Counted from the stretch's first letter, positions 8,565 to 20,109 are shown. The stretch is DNA of 62,539 nucleotides from a virus (IMGVR_UViG_3300032167_000057:68886-131424), one strand, 5' to 3'. Notes: a model not told the origin generated them from the letters alone. A program made the numbers and translations.

Positions 8565-10499
8565 GTGATATATATCGCTAAACAACAGATTTGCCATAAG
8601 TACATTTACAAGCTGCACAGCGAAAAACTCAGAAACAGTAATTGGAACTTATGGTTACCACTTGAAGAAGCTATGGCTAATGGTACAGATATTGTAGCGT
8701 TGAGTGATAGTCAAGTTCTTCGATTTATTGATGAAATTAATAATAAAAATACTGACCTTATTGCCAAAGGATTAAAATATAAAATAAAAGAAACAAAATT
8801 AAAACCGTATAGTATTGCTAATAAAAATAAAATCCAGCGGTTATATACGGAATTATATGAAACACAGTTTCAACCCGATTACATGTGTGTGATTATGGAT
8901 AATAAAGCAGATTATTTACGTGCTAATAAAGGATTTAGTGTAAATGGTATTCGGTATAAACGCTTTTTAGGAACTAACGGGGGTATTAAAAATTCCACTA
9001 TAGTTTATGTTAGCGAACGGGTATACCCTATTTTAAAAGAACGCTTAGATTGCGGACGTAATAAAGAAATACCTTTAGTACCTGCTAAATTAGAAGCATA
9101 TCAAGCATTAATTTGTTCGGGTTCAATTCCTGTTAGTATGCCAAAAGGTATTATTGTAGTACCTGATTGTGAGACCGTCTTTCATGAAGATATTATTACT
9201 ATAGATGATTCCAATAGTGATGAACCTATTCTTGAAGAAGTTAAGGACGCAGAAATACATTTAACAGACAGTGACGGATATGGATTAATGTTACCTAGTA
9301 TTTCAAAACAGTGGAATAAAGAGTTGGGCATGAGCCGTGATGGAGAATATTTATCAGGAGTAAATACTAGAGGTCTTCCATGGACTAAAGGAATGTTATT
9401 TACTTTTGACTTTATTCAGTTTGCGGAAGAAGTTGCTGGTACTTATGAAATCACAGATATTTGGGGACATAAAAGAGATATTCGTGATGCAGAAGTTATT
9501 TTAACTGGTAGTATGCTAAAATTATGGGATTCCTACTCTTCTTTTGAAGATTATTGGGAGAATGTAATTAAGTATAATTATCAATTTGCGATTGCTAAGA
9601 CTGCTCCACATGAGTTAGAAGGTGAACGACAAACCAATTATCAGTTCTTACAGAGCTATGATTTAACAGATGAACAGATTGCGGAATTTATAGCTCCTAC
9701 TGTAGACTGGATAAATGATGTTCTTGGTATGGATTATAGAAGAAGTTTATTATACTTACTTGGAGGTTATTTAACTGACCGTAAAGCATTATCGCACGAA
9801 CCTGATTTTGTAAAAGCCTTGATGATTGAACCGCAAATGATTAATGACCCATTTGTTCGCAATCGGATTCGTATGATGATAAATACTACAATTAATAATG
9901 CTAAAAAAGGTGTTATTAATGTAAAAGGTAATTTTGCCATTATTGGCGGAGACCCCTACGCTTTACTTCAGTCCGTATTTGGTCTTGAAATTACTGGTTT
10001 ATTACAAGCTGGTGAATGCTATCATAAATATTGGAGTGACCAAGGAGTTCCTGAAGTTGTTTGCTTTAGAGCTCCTATGACCAGTCATAATAATATTCGT
10101 AAATTAAAATGTGTAACAAATGATGAAATTAATAAATGGTTTCGATATATCAGTACCTGTATGTTGCTTAATGCGTGGGATACTACATGTGATGCTTTGA
10201 ATGGTGCTGATAAGGATGGAGACCTATTCTTTACAACTAATAATCAAATCTTAATGGACAACACTCGTCCAACTTTATCAATTCATTGTGTGCAACGTAA
10301 AGCACCAAAAATAATTCCAACAGAACAAGATATTGTACAAGCTAATTTATTAAGTTTCGGAGATGAAATCGGAGCAACTACTAACACCATTACTTCTCAA
10401 ATTGATATTCAAGCTAATTTTAAAAAAGATTCAGAAGAATATAAAGTATTAGATTACAGAATCAAGTGTGGACAATTATACCAACAGAATGCTATCGAT
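8565..10499 (+). CDS. yonO: YonO-like single-subunit (RdRP-like fold) DNA-dependent RNA polymerase, exon 1
   Basis: Catalytic NGADKDGD (DxDGD) motif, FRAP motif; SPbeta-like synteny (RNAP-HU-phosphoesterase-terminase-portal); ends QQNAID at predicted splice site. Confidence 0.9.
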
Positions 10500-11621
10500 T
10501 AATTTTGAGTCGCCTTACACAGCGATGTGTATTGAATAACAAGGTGAACCTATAAATATAGGGTGTACATTACACGTTTAGGAGTTGTAGGAAATGACGA
10601 CTAGGTAATGTGCTAACTGGGAAAATCTAAATATATAACAATACTATGCGAAATATTTTACAAGACAGGATGTGATTATATAAGTTTATATAAAACATAT
10701 GGAATTTATGGAATAAGAAATAAAACCAATAATAAAGTCTACGTTGGTAAGACAGAAATGAATTTTGGTGATAGAAAAGATTGTCACTTTACAAGTCTTC
10801 GTGGTGGATATCATATTAATCCACACCTACAAAAATCTTTCAATAAATATGGAGAAGATAACTTTGAATTTATTGTATTGTACGAATGTAAAGATGGCGA
10901 AGATACTCATATAGTTAATAAGTTGGAACAAAAATATATTAAATTATATAAAGATAAAGGTCTTGCCTATAATATTGGAGATGGTGGCGATGGTGGTCAT
11001 AATCTAGGAAAACATTTATCAGAAGAAACCAAAAGAAAAATTGGTAATAAAAATAGAATTAATATGACAGGCCGTAAAGCCACTAATGAAACTAAAAAAA
11101 GGATGTCTGAATCACAGAAGAAACGATTTAAAAATCTTTCCGATGAAGAACGAAAAGAATACGGCAGACAAATCTCTGAATATGCTTCTGGATATCAATG
11201 GTCAGCAGAAGCAAAGAAAAATTTTTCAAAAATCCAACAAACTAAACCTAATGGTGCAAAATATGACGTAGAAACAGTAAAAGAAATAAGACGCTTACAT
11301 AAAGAAGAAAACTTAACATACACAGAAATTTCAAATCTACTAGATATACCAAGACCTGCTGTGTATTTAATTGCTACATATAGAAGATGGAAACATATCG
11401 CATAGTCCATCAAGACTGTTATATACAAGATAATCCAGTGCCAAGCTAAAATGGTGACATTTTAGAAGGTCTAACGAGCAAGATATACCGTCTCATTGAG
11501 ATGATGAAATCTGTATGATTAAGGTGAAATTCCTTAATCAGAAGTGCCTTGCCCTCATTATTATGAGGTGATGATGTGCTCTACTCCCCTAATAAATATC
11601 GGGAAACCGAGGGTATAAAGG
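10500..11621 (+). mobile_element. group I intron in RNAP gene, with GIY-YIG homing endonuclease
   Basis: Exon ends in U; P1 CGAU/GUCG (10509-12) with U.G pair; P7 GAGCA(11476)/TGCTC(11577); ends in G; joined frame reads QQNAID|KAKGIICKPMPAEW. Confidence 0.9.
10680..11405 (+). CDS. GIY-YIG homing endonuclease with NUMOD3-like repeats (track start 10758 misses the GIY-YIG motif)
   Basis: In-frame upstream extension gives YGIYGIRNKTNNKVYVGKT; HLSEETKRKI and ATNETKKRMS repeats; likely ATA start after AGGATGTGA. Confidence 0.88.
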   Translation: MSLYKTYGIYGIRNKTNNKVYVGKTEMNFGDRKDCHFTSLRGGYHINPHLQKSFNKYGEDNFEFIVLYECKDGEDTHIVNKLEQKYIKLYKDKGLAYNIGDGGDGGHNLGKHLSEETKRKIGNKNRINMTGRKATNETKKRMSESQKKRFKNLSDEERKEYGRQISEYASGYQWSAEAKKNFSKIQQTKPNGAKYDVETVKEIRRLHKEENLTYTEISNLLDIPRPAVYLIATYRRWKHIA

Positions 11622-12479
11622 AAAGCCAAAGGTATTATTTGTAAACCAATGCCCGCCGAATGGAAACGTATCAAGCCAAATGAAATTTTGGAGACCGATG
11701 AAGCGTGCACTATATTACAAAAACAATTTAACCAGCGTATAGTTGCTGATAAATATCCATATTTCTTTATCTATAATTATCTTTCATTAAAACAAGAATT
11801 TGATAGATATTTTAAAACAATGAATTATATTTGTTATGATGAATTATCTGTTTTCTTATCTGATTTAATTTCTAAATATAAAAATCATGAATTTTTATCC
11901 CCAGTAGAACAAAATTTTCTAAATAATTATTTTAAAAATTGCCCAGTTTCTTATGCCCCTTCAATAATGAATAGACTTTGTTGGCAATTAGAACAAAAAT
12001 TAGGAAAAACCAAAAAAGATAATAAAGAGTTTGATTATGCATTATTATTGTCTGAAAATAAAATAAATAAACGTATTAAAAAAGAAGTCGAAGCAATTTA
12101 CGACGAATATAAGCGACGTTCTGTTGAGTGTCAAGTTCGTTTACAAAGACATCAAATTACTAAAGACGAGTATACTGCTTTTTATACTTTAACTCTGGAT
12201 TGGTTTAAACAACAAATTTTTAGTATTTGTAATAATGCCGAAACAGTAACGGATGCGTTAATTGATTTGTGTTACACCCATTCAAATTCAAAACAGTTTG
12301 TTTGGGATGTATGTGGTGAACAAATCATTCGTAATTTATTAAATAGACATAATAATTTAATTTCTTATCCAGTACAAGACCGTGAAGGTGAAATTGAATT
12401 TTGGGGAGAAAAATTTAGTATGCGTACTATTAATTATGATAATTATATGGATATGTCAGAGGAGGAAAAAAATGGGTAA
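11622..12479 (+). CDS. yonO: YonO-like RNA polymerase, exon 2 (spliced product about 930 aa)
   Basis: Frame open from 11622 and in phase with exon 1; no SD before track ATG 11649. Confidence 0.88.
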   Translation, partial: KAKGIICKPMPAEWKRIKPNEILETDEACTILQKQFNQRIVADKYPYFFIYNYLSLKQEFDRYFKTMNYICYDELSVFLSDLISKYKNHEFLSPVEQNFLNNYFKNCPVSYAPSIMNRLCWQLEQKLGKTKKDNKEFDYALLLSENKINKRIKKEVEAIYDEYKRRSVECQVRLQRHQITKDEYTAFYTLTLDWFKQQIFSICNNAETVTDALIDLCYTHSNSKQFVWDVCGEQIIRNLLNRHNNLISYPVQDREGEIEFWGEKFSMRTINYDNYMDMSEEEKNG

Positions 12480-13239
12480 ATTTATATTAAATGAAAAAAA
12501 ATACGTAGAAGAAGAACTTCTAACGGGTAAAAATATCCACGCAAAAATGTCTCGTGCTATGTTATTACTGTCCAAGTATTATATATATGAATTACATAAA
12601 ACTGATGATGAAGTTCGACAGTTAATAAAGGAATTATATAATAATTATGATTCACCTATCACTTCGGAATATTTATTAAAACAATTAGATTATGCGATTT
12701 CTTATGCACATGAGAGACCTTTAGTGTGTATTGATTATATTAATATTACAAAAGAAGAACAGAAAATAATTAAAAAAATTGAAAATGAGGAATTACAAAA
12801 ATTATTATTTACAATGCTTTGTTTATGTAAATTCCATGATTTCCGCAATTCTGAAAATAATCATTGGGTAAATTACTTTTCAGATGGTATTGCGCCCTTA
12901 TTTGCATTAGCTAATGTGAGAGGCTCTTCTGAAGCCAAATTAGAATTGTTACGTGAGTTGCGAATCGCGGGATTTATTACTCGCACAAATAGTTATGCCC
13001 GTTATAATTGGCAAATTAATATTGTAGATGAAAATCCAGATAGTGAAGTGTTTTATCAAGTTGTCAACATGGATAATCTTGGCTATCAATGGCTGGTTGC
13101 CACTAAACAGGGTAAATTTTGTGCGGATTGTGGTCAATACATTCCTAAATATAAACCACGAAAAGGACATATGAAAACTAGAAATGAGGCACAAATTCGT
13201 TATAAATATTGTAAAAAATGTCGTGAAAAACGCAAATAA
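12472..13239 (+). CDS. hypothetical protein with C-terminal zinc finger, coupled to RNAP gene
   Basis: SD GGAGGA before ATG 12472 overlapping RNAP stop; CADCG...CKKC. Confidence 0.8.
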   Translation: MGKFILNEKKYVEEELLTGKNIHAKMSRAMLLLSKYYIYELHKTDDEVRQLIKELYNNYDSPITSEYLLKQLDYAISYAHERPLVCIDYINITKEEQKIIKKIENEELQKLLFTMLCLCKFHDFRNSENNHWVNYFSDGIAPLFALANVRGSSEAKLELLRELRIAGFITRTNSYARYNWQINIVDENPDSEVFYQVVNMDNLGYQWLVATKQGKFCADCGQYIPKYKPRKGHMKTRNEAQIRYKYCKKCREKRK

Positions 13240-13474
13240 TGGGTAGTACCACTACCCTTATTTGTAGCGTAAATATGTGTGATTTTTATAGTATAAAATT
13301 TTTTTCATACTTTGAAAGAGAGAGAATAAAGTATCATTATTTTTCTCTCAATAATACGCTCCGCGAGTAAGGCGCACGCTGATGTCTATATTAAATTTAT
13401 TATAATAGTGCGTACACAGGAGCGATTATAATAGGAAATAATAAAAACGGATATAAAGGATTAAAAGGAACAAC

Positions 13475-13822
13475 ATGAGTACAACAAAAAATATAAAAGC
13501 GATTACTTATAAAGAATTTCTTAAAAATATTTCCCAAAGAACTGGTTATGTCCAGACAGATGTGGCTAATATTTTTGATTCTATGAGTGATTTATTATTA
13601 GAAGAATTTTTAAAATTGGAAGAAAATGAAGAACTGAAAATTAAAATCTGTGGCTGTATTATGGTTACTGGAAAATATGTGCCAGAACGCGTAATGCCAA
13701 ACAATGTAGTCTCTTCTCTTCCACTTAAAACACCAGAAAATATTATTATTAAAGCGAAATTTGCTAATAGATTTAAAGATAAATTAAAACATGAATATCG
13801 TAGATTACGAGGAATTGAGTAA
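13475..13822 (+). CDS. HU/IHF-like DNA-binding protein
   Basis: ITYKEFLKNISQRTG helical N-terminus, beta-arm ending IKAKFANRFK; position after RNAP as in SPbeta. Confidence 0.75.
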   Translation: MSTTKNIKAITYKEFLKNISQRTGYVQTDVANIFDSMSDLLLEEFLKLEENEELKIKICGCIMVTGKYVPERVMPNNVVSSLPLKTPENIIIKAKFANRFKDKLKHEYRRLRGIE

Positions 13823-13921
13823 ATATCCTTTCTTTTTTTCTTTTTGGTTGGAGGTCGTATCACTTTATAAAGTGATGCGGCCTTTATTTTATGTGGATAT
13901 TGGATATAAAGGAGTTAATAC

Positions 13922-14887
13922 ATGGATTTATTGAGACAGCCGAATGAAACGGCTTTTGAACATAAAGTTAGATTGTGTAAAGCAAAAATAAATAAAGAAA
14001 TTAAAGTGGATTGGAATACTATTGTAGATATTCTTGAGTTGGACGAAAGCGCAGATTCTTTGCGTCATAAAGGGTATGCTTATGCAGAATATGATGATTA
14101 TATTTTAAGTGATAAAGGTGTAGCTACAAGAATTTTAAGTATTTCTGATTTACATATTCCATTCCAACTAGATTATACTTTGTTATCAGATTATAAAAAC
14201 ATAGATATTTTACAAATCAATGGTGATGTGGTTGATTGTCAGGCACTTTCGAAATGGAGTAAACAATATAGAATTTCTCCTATGGAAGAATTAATTCTTG
14301 GTAGACAATATTTAATTGATTTACTTGAATACTTAAAACCTAAAAAAGTAGTTTGTAATTATGGTAATCATGATAAAAGATTTGCAAATTATTTTGCCAA
14401 AAATTTAGATACAGATATTTTAGAACTATTACCAGATACGTCATTAGAATTAATATTTAAAGATGGTTTTTATCATTATGATAAACGCAGTAAATCTAAA
14501 AGCTGGTATGAACCACTGTGTAATATTTTTACAGATATTGAAATTATTTATATCGACGATTGGAAATGTAAAATTGGTAAAACATGGTTTGTCCACCCCC
14601 TTGCATTTCGGTCTGGAATTTTGGCAACTGCAAATAAAGCTAAAGATTATTTACAAGATACAGATAAAGAATCTTTCGATTGTGTTGTAATGGCACATAC
14701 ACATTCTATTGGAGATAGTAAATGTGGTTATGTACGTTTATTTGAACAAGGCGCTTTTGCCAATGTAGCCAAAATGGAATATATGGATGGAAAATTATCA
14801 CGACCACAACAGATGGGTTATGCATTAATTTGTCAAGATAAAGATGGAAATTTGATTTCAGATAAATCTAAAGTTGTGGCTTTATAG
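13922..14887 (+). CDS. calcineurin-like metallophosphoesterase
   Basis: SDLH, GDVVD, GNHD and AHTH motifs. Confidence 0.85.
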   Translation: MDLLRQPNETAFEHKVRLCKAKINKEIKVDWNTIVDILELDESADSLRHKGYAYAEYDDYILSDKGVATRILSISDLHIPFQLDYTLLSDYKNIDILQINGDVVDCQALSKWSKQYRISPMEELILGRQYLIDLLEYLKPKKVVCNYGNHDKRFANYFAKNLDTDILELLPDTSLELIFKDGFYHYDKRSKSKSWYEPLCNIFTDIEIIYIDDWKCKIGKTWFVHPLAFRSGILATANKAKDYLQDTDKESFDCVVMAHTHSIGDSKCGYVRLFEQGAFANVAKMEYMDGKLSRPQQMGYALICQDKDGNLISDKSKVVAL

Positions 14888-14917
14888 GAATACAAAGATT
14901 AAAGAGGTAAAGGAATT

Positions 14918-15328
14918 ATGAGAGTTATTACAAATGTTAATGAGGTTGTAGAATTAATGTCTCAAGAAATTGATATCGAGAGTTTAAGTTCTACCCTTGT
15001 TGCAGATTTTGATTATATTTATAAAACATTAAAGAAATTTTTAACATATGACAATGTTGAATTGACTTATTGTGACGTTGATACATTTGAATATGACAGA
15101 GAATATGGCTTAACGTTACATTTAGATATTTGCCGTAATGTGTGGGAAATTGATGTATGGCAAACATATAATGAAGATAAAAATATGTATTATGGAATGG
15201 ATGGATTTGTTATTTATCACGAGGATGTTAACAGTAAATGTATGCTGGATATGTTAAATAATAAAACACTTCGTCCATCTAGAACAGAATGGATTGTAAT
15301 TGCTAATTCTCCTCATTTAACGCGTTAA
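14918..15328 (+). CDS. hypothetical protein
   Basis: ORF track; SD AAGGA. Confidence 0.75.
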   Translation: MRVITNVNEVVELMSQEIDIESLSSTLVADFDYIYKTLKKFLTYDNVELTYCDVDTFEYDREYGLTLHLDICRNVWEIDVWQTYNEDKNMYYGMDGFVIYHEDVNSKCMLDMLNNKTLRPSRTEWIVIANSPHLTR

Positions 15329-15348
15329 GTTAGAAGGAATGGTGAATT

Positions 15349-16503
15349 ATGGCGAAACATATGGTGCGAATTGAAGATGAGCTTCTTCAACAAGCAGTAG
15401 AAAAAGAAAAAGTTATAGAAGCAAAGGCAAAAGCAAAAGCTCGGGCCGCTGCTAAAGCAATTATAAACAATCCTGAAGATGATTATAAAAAATATACTTT
15501 AACTGAATTACGAAAAGCATATGGCAATCTTTTAAAAGATTATAAAAAAGAATGTCAAAAAAATGCTGATACCGCTTATTGTCATTGGTGCGGTGAGTGG
15601 TTACCTAAAGCTAAATTTTATAAAAGTTCTACATACGCTTCTGGCTTATGCCCTGCTTGTAAATCTTGTCTATTTAAAATCGCCACAAATTATAACGACA
15701 AAACTAAAGAAGTAGCTGAAACAAGACAATCTATACAGAGCGCATTAAAAATTATGAATAAACCATTTTCGAATGAATTATATAATTCCGCTATTCGCGC
15801 TATTAGTGATGAAACTTCTTTAAGTCGTCGTGGTAATATCTGGGGACAATATGTAACCATGGTTAATAGTTTGCCACAATATCAAGAACAAACTTGGCTG
15901 GATTCTGATTTGGAAATTTTTGAAGAAGATGGCGCTAATGAATTAGAAACAAAGAAAATTACAAAGCGAATGAAAGAATTTTGGGGTTATGAATTTTCAG
16001 ACCGAGATTTAATTTTCTTAGATACACAATATAAAGATTGGGTAACTCGACATGAGTGTAATACTAAAGCGCAGGAAGAAGTATTTAAGAGATTGTGTTT
16101 TATTCAGTTAAAATTATTAAATGCCGATAAGGTAGGGGCTCAAACCAAAGATTTAGACCGAACCTTCCAAGAATTGTTGGATACGGCTAATTTAAAACCA
16201 AAACAAAATGCTTTGGATACTTTATCAGATGCTCAAACACTGGGCACATTAATAGATAAATGGGAAAACGAACGACCTATTCCTGAAGTGGATGATGATT
16301 TAAAAGATGTTGATAAGATTGGTTTATATTTAGATGTGTTCTTTAAAGGACATCTGGCTAAAATGCTTAAATTAAAAAATCCACTGAGTAGATTATATGA
16401 CAGTTTTATACATAAATATACTGTTACCAAACCTGAATATAGTGAAGAAGAAGACACAGAAGGTTTGTTTGAACAGATATTTGGAATGTCGGATGAAGAT
16501 TAA
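15349..16503 (+). CDS. zinc-finger protein, possible terminase small subunit
   Basis: CHWC...CPACKSC; stop overlaps terminase start; small-subunit call is positional only. Confidence 0.55.
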   Translation: MAKHMVRIEDELLQQAVEKEKVIEAKAKAKARAAAKAIINNPEDDYKKYTLTELRKAYGNLLKDYKKECQKNADTAYCHWCGEWLPKAKFYKSSTYASGLCPACKSCLFKIATNYNDKTKEVAETRQSIQSALKIMNKPFSNELYNSAIRAISDETSLSRRGNIWGQYVTMVNSLPQYQEQTWLDSDLEIFEEDGANELETKKITKRMKEFWGYEFSDRDLIFLDTQYKDWVTRHECNTKAQEEVFKRLCFIQLKLLNADKVGAQTKDLDRTFQELLDTANLKPKQNALDTLSDAQTLGTLIDKWENERPIPEVDDDLKDVDKIGLYLDVFFKGHLAKMLKLKNPLSRLYDSFIHKYTVTKPEYSEEEDTEGLFEQIFGMSDED

Positions 16504-18290
16504 TGGCTAATCTGAAAAAGAAAACTGCTACCGAGGTCGTTCAAGAAAAATCAGAAAAAATAATGAATGGAATAGCTTTATGGGCTGGTTTTTATAGAGA
16601 AAATCCACATCGATTGTGTAAAGATTATCTTAATATTACCTTAAAACTATTCCAAAAAATATTGTTATATGCCATGATGCATAACAATTATTTTATGTAC
16701 ATCGCTGCTCGTGGCCAAGGCAAGACTTGGCTTACAGCATTGTTTTGTGTTGTGCGATGTATATTATTTCCAAAAACAAAAATATGTATCTCTTCTGCTA
16801 CTCGTCCGCAGGCCAATGAGGTACTGTTAAAAATCAAAGATGATTTTTGTAAAAATTACACTTGGGGTTCATCAAATTTATGCGCCGAAATTTCCAATAT
16901 TAGTATAGGACAAAATAATGCAGTAATTTCATTTAAAAACGGTTCTTGGATTAAGGTTGTGACTGCTTCAGATAGTGGACGTGGTTCTCGTGCAAACATT
17001 TTGATTTGTGACGAATTTAGAATGGTTGACTTAGATATTATTAATACAGTTTTAAGAAAATTCTTAACCGCTCCAAGAACACCAAACTATCTAAATAAAC
17101 CAGAATATGCTCATCTTGTAGAACGTAACAAAGAAATATATATGTCTTCTGCTTGGTATCAAAGCCATTGGTCGTATGCTAAGGCTCAAGCATATTTTGT
17201 TAATATGATGGATACTGCTAAAAAATATTTTATATGTAGTCTACCATATCAAATTTCAATTAAAGAAGGTTTATTATCTCGTTCGCAAATTGAAGATGAA
17301 TTCAGTGAAGCAGACTTTGACCCCGTAAAATTTTCTATGGAGATGGAAGCGTTATTTTTTGGAGATACTGACGGTTCTTTCTTTAAATTTGAAGATTTAG
17401 TAAAACGTCGTAAATTAAAAAAAGCTTATCCTTCGTTGGAATTAAGTGTAACAAAAAATATAAAAGTACCTGATTTGGTTACAAATGAAAAAAGAATTTT
17501 ATCAGCCGATATTGCTTTATTATCTTCTAAAAAAAACAAAAACGACGCAGCTAGTTTAATGATTAATAGCTGTATACCGTCTAATAATAATAGGTATATT
17601 GGTAATTTTTTCTTTATGGAAAATCATGAAGGTATGACAACTGATGAATTAGGATTACGTATCATGCGCCTATTTTATCATTATAAATGTACTGATTTAG
17701 CTCTGGACGTTAAAGGTGTGGGCGTTGGTATATTTGATTTTATTATCAAAGACCAATATGACCCTGAAACTGGTGAAACGTATGGAGCTTTAACTTTGCA
17801 TAAAGATTATACTGATGCAAAGTATCAAGTATATACTGAGCGTTGTAAAGTAAAAAATGCGCTCAAGGTAATACATCCTATTTTTGGTTCACCTTCATTT
17901 AATACAGAGTGTTGTACTCTATTACGAAGTGGAATTCAAGAAGGACGTTTAAATTTATTAATATCTGAATTTGAAGCAGAAGAAGTTTTAAAAACTGAAA
18001 TTAAAGGGTACTCAAAATCGAATGTTGTTGAACAAGCGACATATAAAGCGCCTTATGTACAAACTACCATGGCTATTAATGAATTAATATATTTAGACCA
18101 TGAAGTAAAAGGTACTAATATTAAATTAATGGAAAAATCAGGCGCTCGAAAAGACCGTTATTCTTCTATGGCTTATAACTATTATGTTCAAGTTATATTA
18201 GAACGTAAATTACGTCCGCAGAAAAATACGGAACAGAACATATTAAATCAGCTTCAATTTAGACAGGCTACTAAACATAGATTTTTTTAG
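16503..18290 (+). CDS. terL: terminase large subunit
   Basis: Walker A AARGQGKT, Walker B ILICDEF, RNase H-like nuclease motifs SADIA and KDRYS. Confidence 0.95.
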   Translation: MANLKKKTATEVVQEKSEKIMNGIALWAGFYRENPHRLCKDYLNITLKLFQKILLYAMMHNNYFMYIAARGQGKTWLTALFCVVRCILFPKTKICISSATRPQANEVLLKIKDDFCKNYTWGSSNLCAEISNISIGQNNAVISFKNGSWIKVVTASDSGRGSRANILICDEFRMVDLDIINTVLRKFLTAPRTPNYLNKPEYAHLVERNKEIYMSSAWYQSHWSYAKAQAYFVNMMDTAKKYFICSLPYQISIKEGLLSRSQIEDEFSEADFDPVKFSMEMEALFFGDTDGSFFKFEDLVKRRKLKKAYPSLELSVTKNIKVPDLVTNEKRILSADIALLSSKKNKNDAASLMINSCIPSNNNRYIGNFFFMENHEGMTTDELGLRIMRLFYHYKCTDLALDVKGVGVGIFDFIIKDQYDPETGETYGALTLHKDYTDAKYQVYTERCKVKNALKVIHPIFGSPSFNTECCTLLRSGIQEGRLNLLISEFEAEEVLKTEIKGYSKSNVVEQATYKAPYVQTTMAINELIYLDHEVKGTNIKLMEKSGARKDRYSSMAYNYYVQVILERKLRPQKNTEQNILNQLQFRQATKHRFF

Positions 18291-18305
18291 AAAAGGAGAC
18301 ATAAT

Positions 18306-19856
18306 GTGATGGTAACCGAATCTACTACGAAGGCATCCTCTATGTCTTCTGTCGATGCCAAGACCCCTCGCACAGCCAAAGAAATTGAAAAATATTGGCT
18401 TGATAAAGGGTCTGTTATTGAGCGTTTTGAAAATGCTCAAAAAGCCGTACAACTTATTAATGCGGCTAAAAACGAAACACGTACATATTCTACGTTTTCT
18501 AAAGAAACACTACGAACCTACTTACAAAATCCAGCAAGTTATTATAAAATGCTGAGAAATTTAAGTAGGTTTTTATATTATCGGTGTCAATCATATCGTA
18601 GGTTAATTTGGTATAATGCGGGAATGGTTGATACAAAATCGCGTGTAGTAATACCCTTGATTGATTTAGTAAAAGAAAATAATCCAGAAAAGGTAACTAA
18701 GTCATATTATAATACTTTAAAAATTTTACAACCTATTAATCTCGAATCTGAATTATTTAAGATGCGTGTTATAGCATGGCGAGAAGACTGTGCTTATGGT
18801 TGTGTATATTATGACGATACTGGTTTGTTTATCTTACCATTAGACCCAGACTATTGCAAAGTTACTTCTATGTATTATGATGGTACGCTTGGTTTTAGTA
18901 TGGATATGTCATATTTTGATAAATATACTGAACAATTAGCGTTCTATGGAGCTCCGTTTGATAAGATGTATAAAGCTTATCAGGCAGATAAAGTAAATGG
19001 TAAGTGGCAACCAATGCCTGATGAACATTGTTTTTGTTTAAAAATTAATCTGGATGATGCTACTCTTCCACTTCCACCTTATTTCAGTTTATTTAATGCT
19101 ATTATTTCTTTATGCGATAGTGAAGAATTACAAGCTGTAAGAGACGAAGCGGATATTTATAAATTGTTGGTTTTAGAAATGGAAACTATTGATGGAGCAA
19201 TGAATCCTGATGAGTTTACAGTAGACCCAAGTACTGCGGTTGGATATTATAACAAATTGGTGTCTTTCCTGCCAGAATATGTAAATGCTGCCATCTCACC
19301 AGTAAAAATTACTCCAATTGAATTTAATCAAGACCAGACAAGTGATATTAATTATATCCAAAATTCAACCGCTGCTTTATTTAATAGTTCGGGCGGTGGA
19401 CAAATTTTAAATAGTGCTAATATTACAACTGCTACACCATGGGCTGATGCTATGATTAGTGATGGTGTATACGCTACTTCCACTGTACGTCCACAATTAG
19501 AAAAATGGATAAATAGATGGTTATCATATGTAGATGCTAAACATGCTACTGTTAAACTTTTAGATGTAACACCATACACAAAACAAGCTGTTGTTAAAAC
19601 AATGAAAGAAGATGCCACTTATGGTCTTCCATTAAAATTGGCATTAAACAGTTTAAATGGTTTTTCAGAATTGGAAACATTAAGTCTAAATTACTTAGAA
19701 GAAGATTGTTTACAATTATCTACTAAATTTGTACCTTTACAATCTTCTAATACTCAGTCTGGTTCTCCTTCTGAATCTACAGAACCTTCAGGTGCGCCAG
19801 AAAAAGATTCTGGTGAATTATCAGATTCTGGTGAAGCCGCCAAAGCCAACAGATAA
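18306..19856 (+). CDS. portal protein
   Basis: 516 aa directly after terL; size and synteny. Confidence 0.8.
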   Translation: MMVTESTTKASSMSSVDAKTPRTAKEIEKYWLDKGSVIERFENAQKAVQLINAAKNETRTYSTFSKETLRTYLQNPASYYKMLRNLSRFLYYRCQSYRRLIWYNAGMVDTKSRVVIPLIDLVKENNPEKVTKSYYNTLKILQPINLESELFKMRVIAWREDCAYGCVYYDDTGLFILPLDPDYCKVTSMYYDGTLGFSMDMSYFDKYTEQLAFYGAPFDKMYKAYQADKVNGKWQPMPDEHCFCLKINLDDATLPLPPYFSLFNAIISLCDSEELQAVRDEADIYKLLVLEMETIDGAMNPDEFTVDPSTAVGYYNKLVSFLPEYVNAAISPVKITPIEFNQDQTSDINYIQNSTAALFNSSGGGQILNSANITTATPWADAMISDGVYATSTVRPQLEKWINRWLSYVDAKHATVKLLDVTPYTKQAVVKTMKEDATYGLPLKLALNSLNGFSELETLSLNYLEEDCLQLSTKFVPLQSSNTQSGSPSESTEPSGAPEKDSGELSDSGEAAKANR

Positions 19857-19867
19857 CAATATAGGAG

Positions 19868-20053
19868 GTGACGTGCATGGGCAATAATAAAACTTTTGTT
19901 ATTACCACTGACGAACAAACAGCCAATTTGTTACAAAGTGAAGGCTTTGAAATGATTGGTTCTAATAATGGACAATGGATATTTATAAATAATCCACAGT
20001 TAAATTTTAGTCGAAGTAATAAAATTGCTTATACTAACACTTTAACTTTTTAA
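19868..20053 (+). CDS. small hypothetical protein
   Basis: SD AGGAGGTG; between portal and protease/scaffold. Confidence 0.7.
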   Translation: MTCMGNNKTFVITTDEQTANLLQSEGFEMIGSNNGQWIFINNPQLNFSRSNKIAYTNTLTF

Positions 20054-20080
20054 GGGCGCTATTTAATTAGCGTCCTTTTT
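20052..20080 (+). terminator. intrinsic terminator
   Basis: AAGGGCGCTA-tttaat-TAGCGTCCTT-TTT. Confidence 0.7.
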
Positions 20081-20109
20081 ATATATCTAATCTAAGAAAG
20101 GAGGAAAAC

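Noticed and set aside
10500-10502. Stop-codon readthrough, recoded genetic code or sequencing frameshift as cause of the split RNAP, capsid, tail and TMP genes
   Set aside because: Other long genes are intact under the standard code, and each break coincides with group I motifs and an in-frame junction
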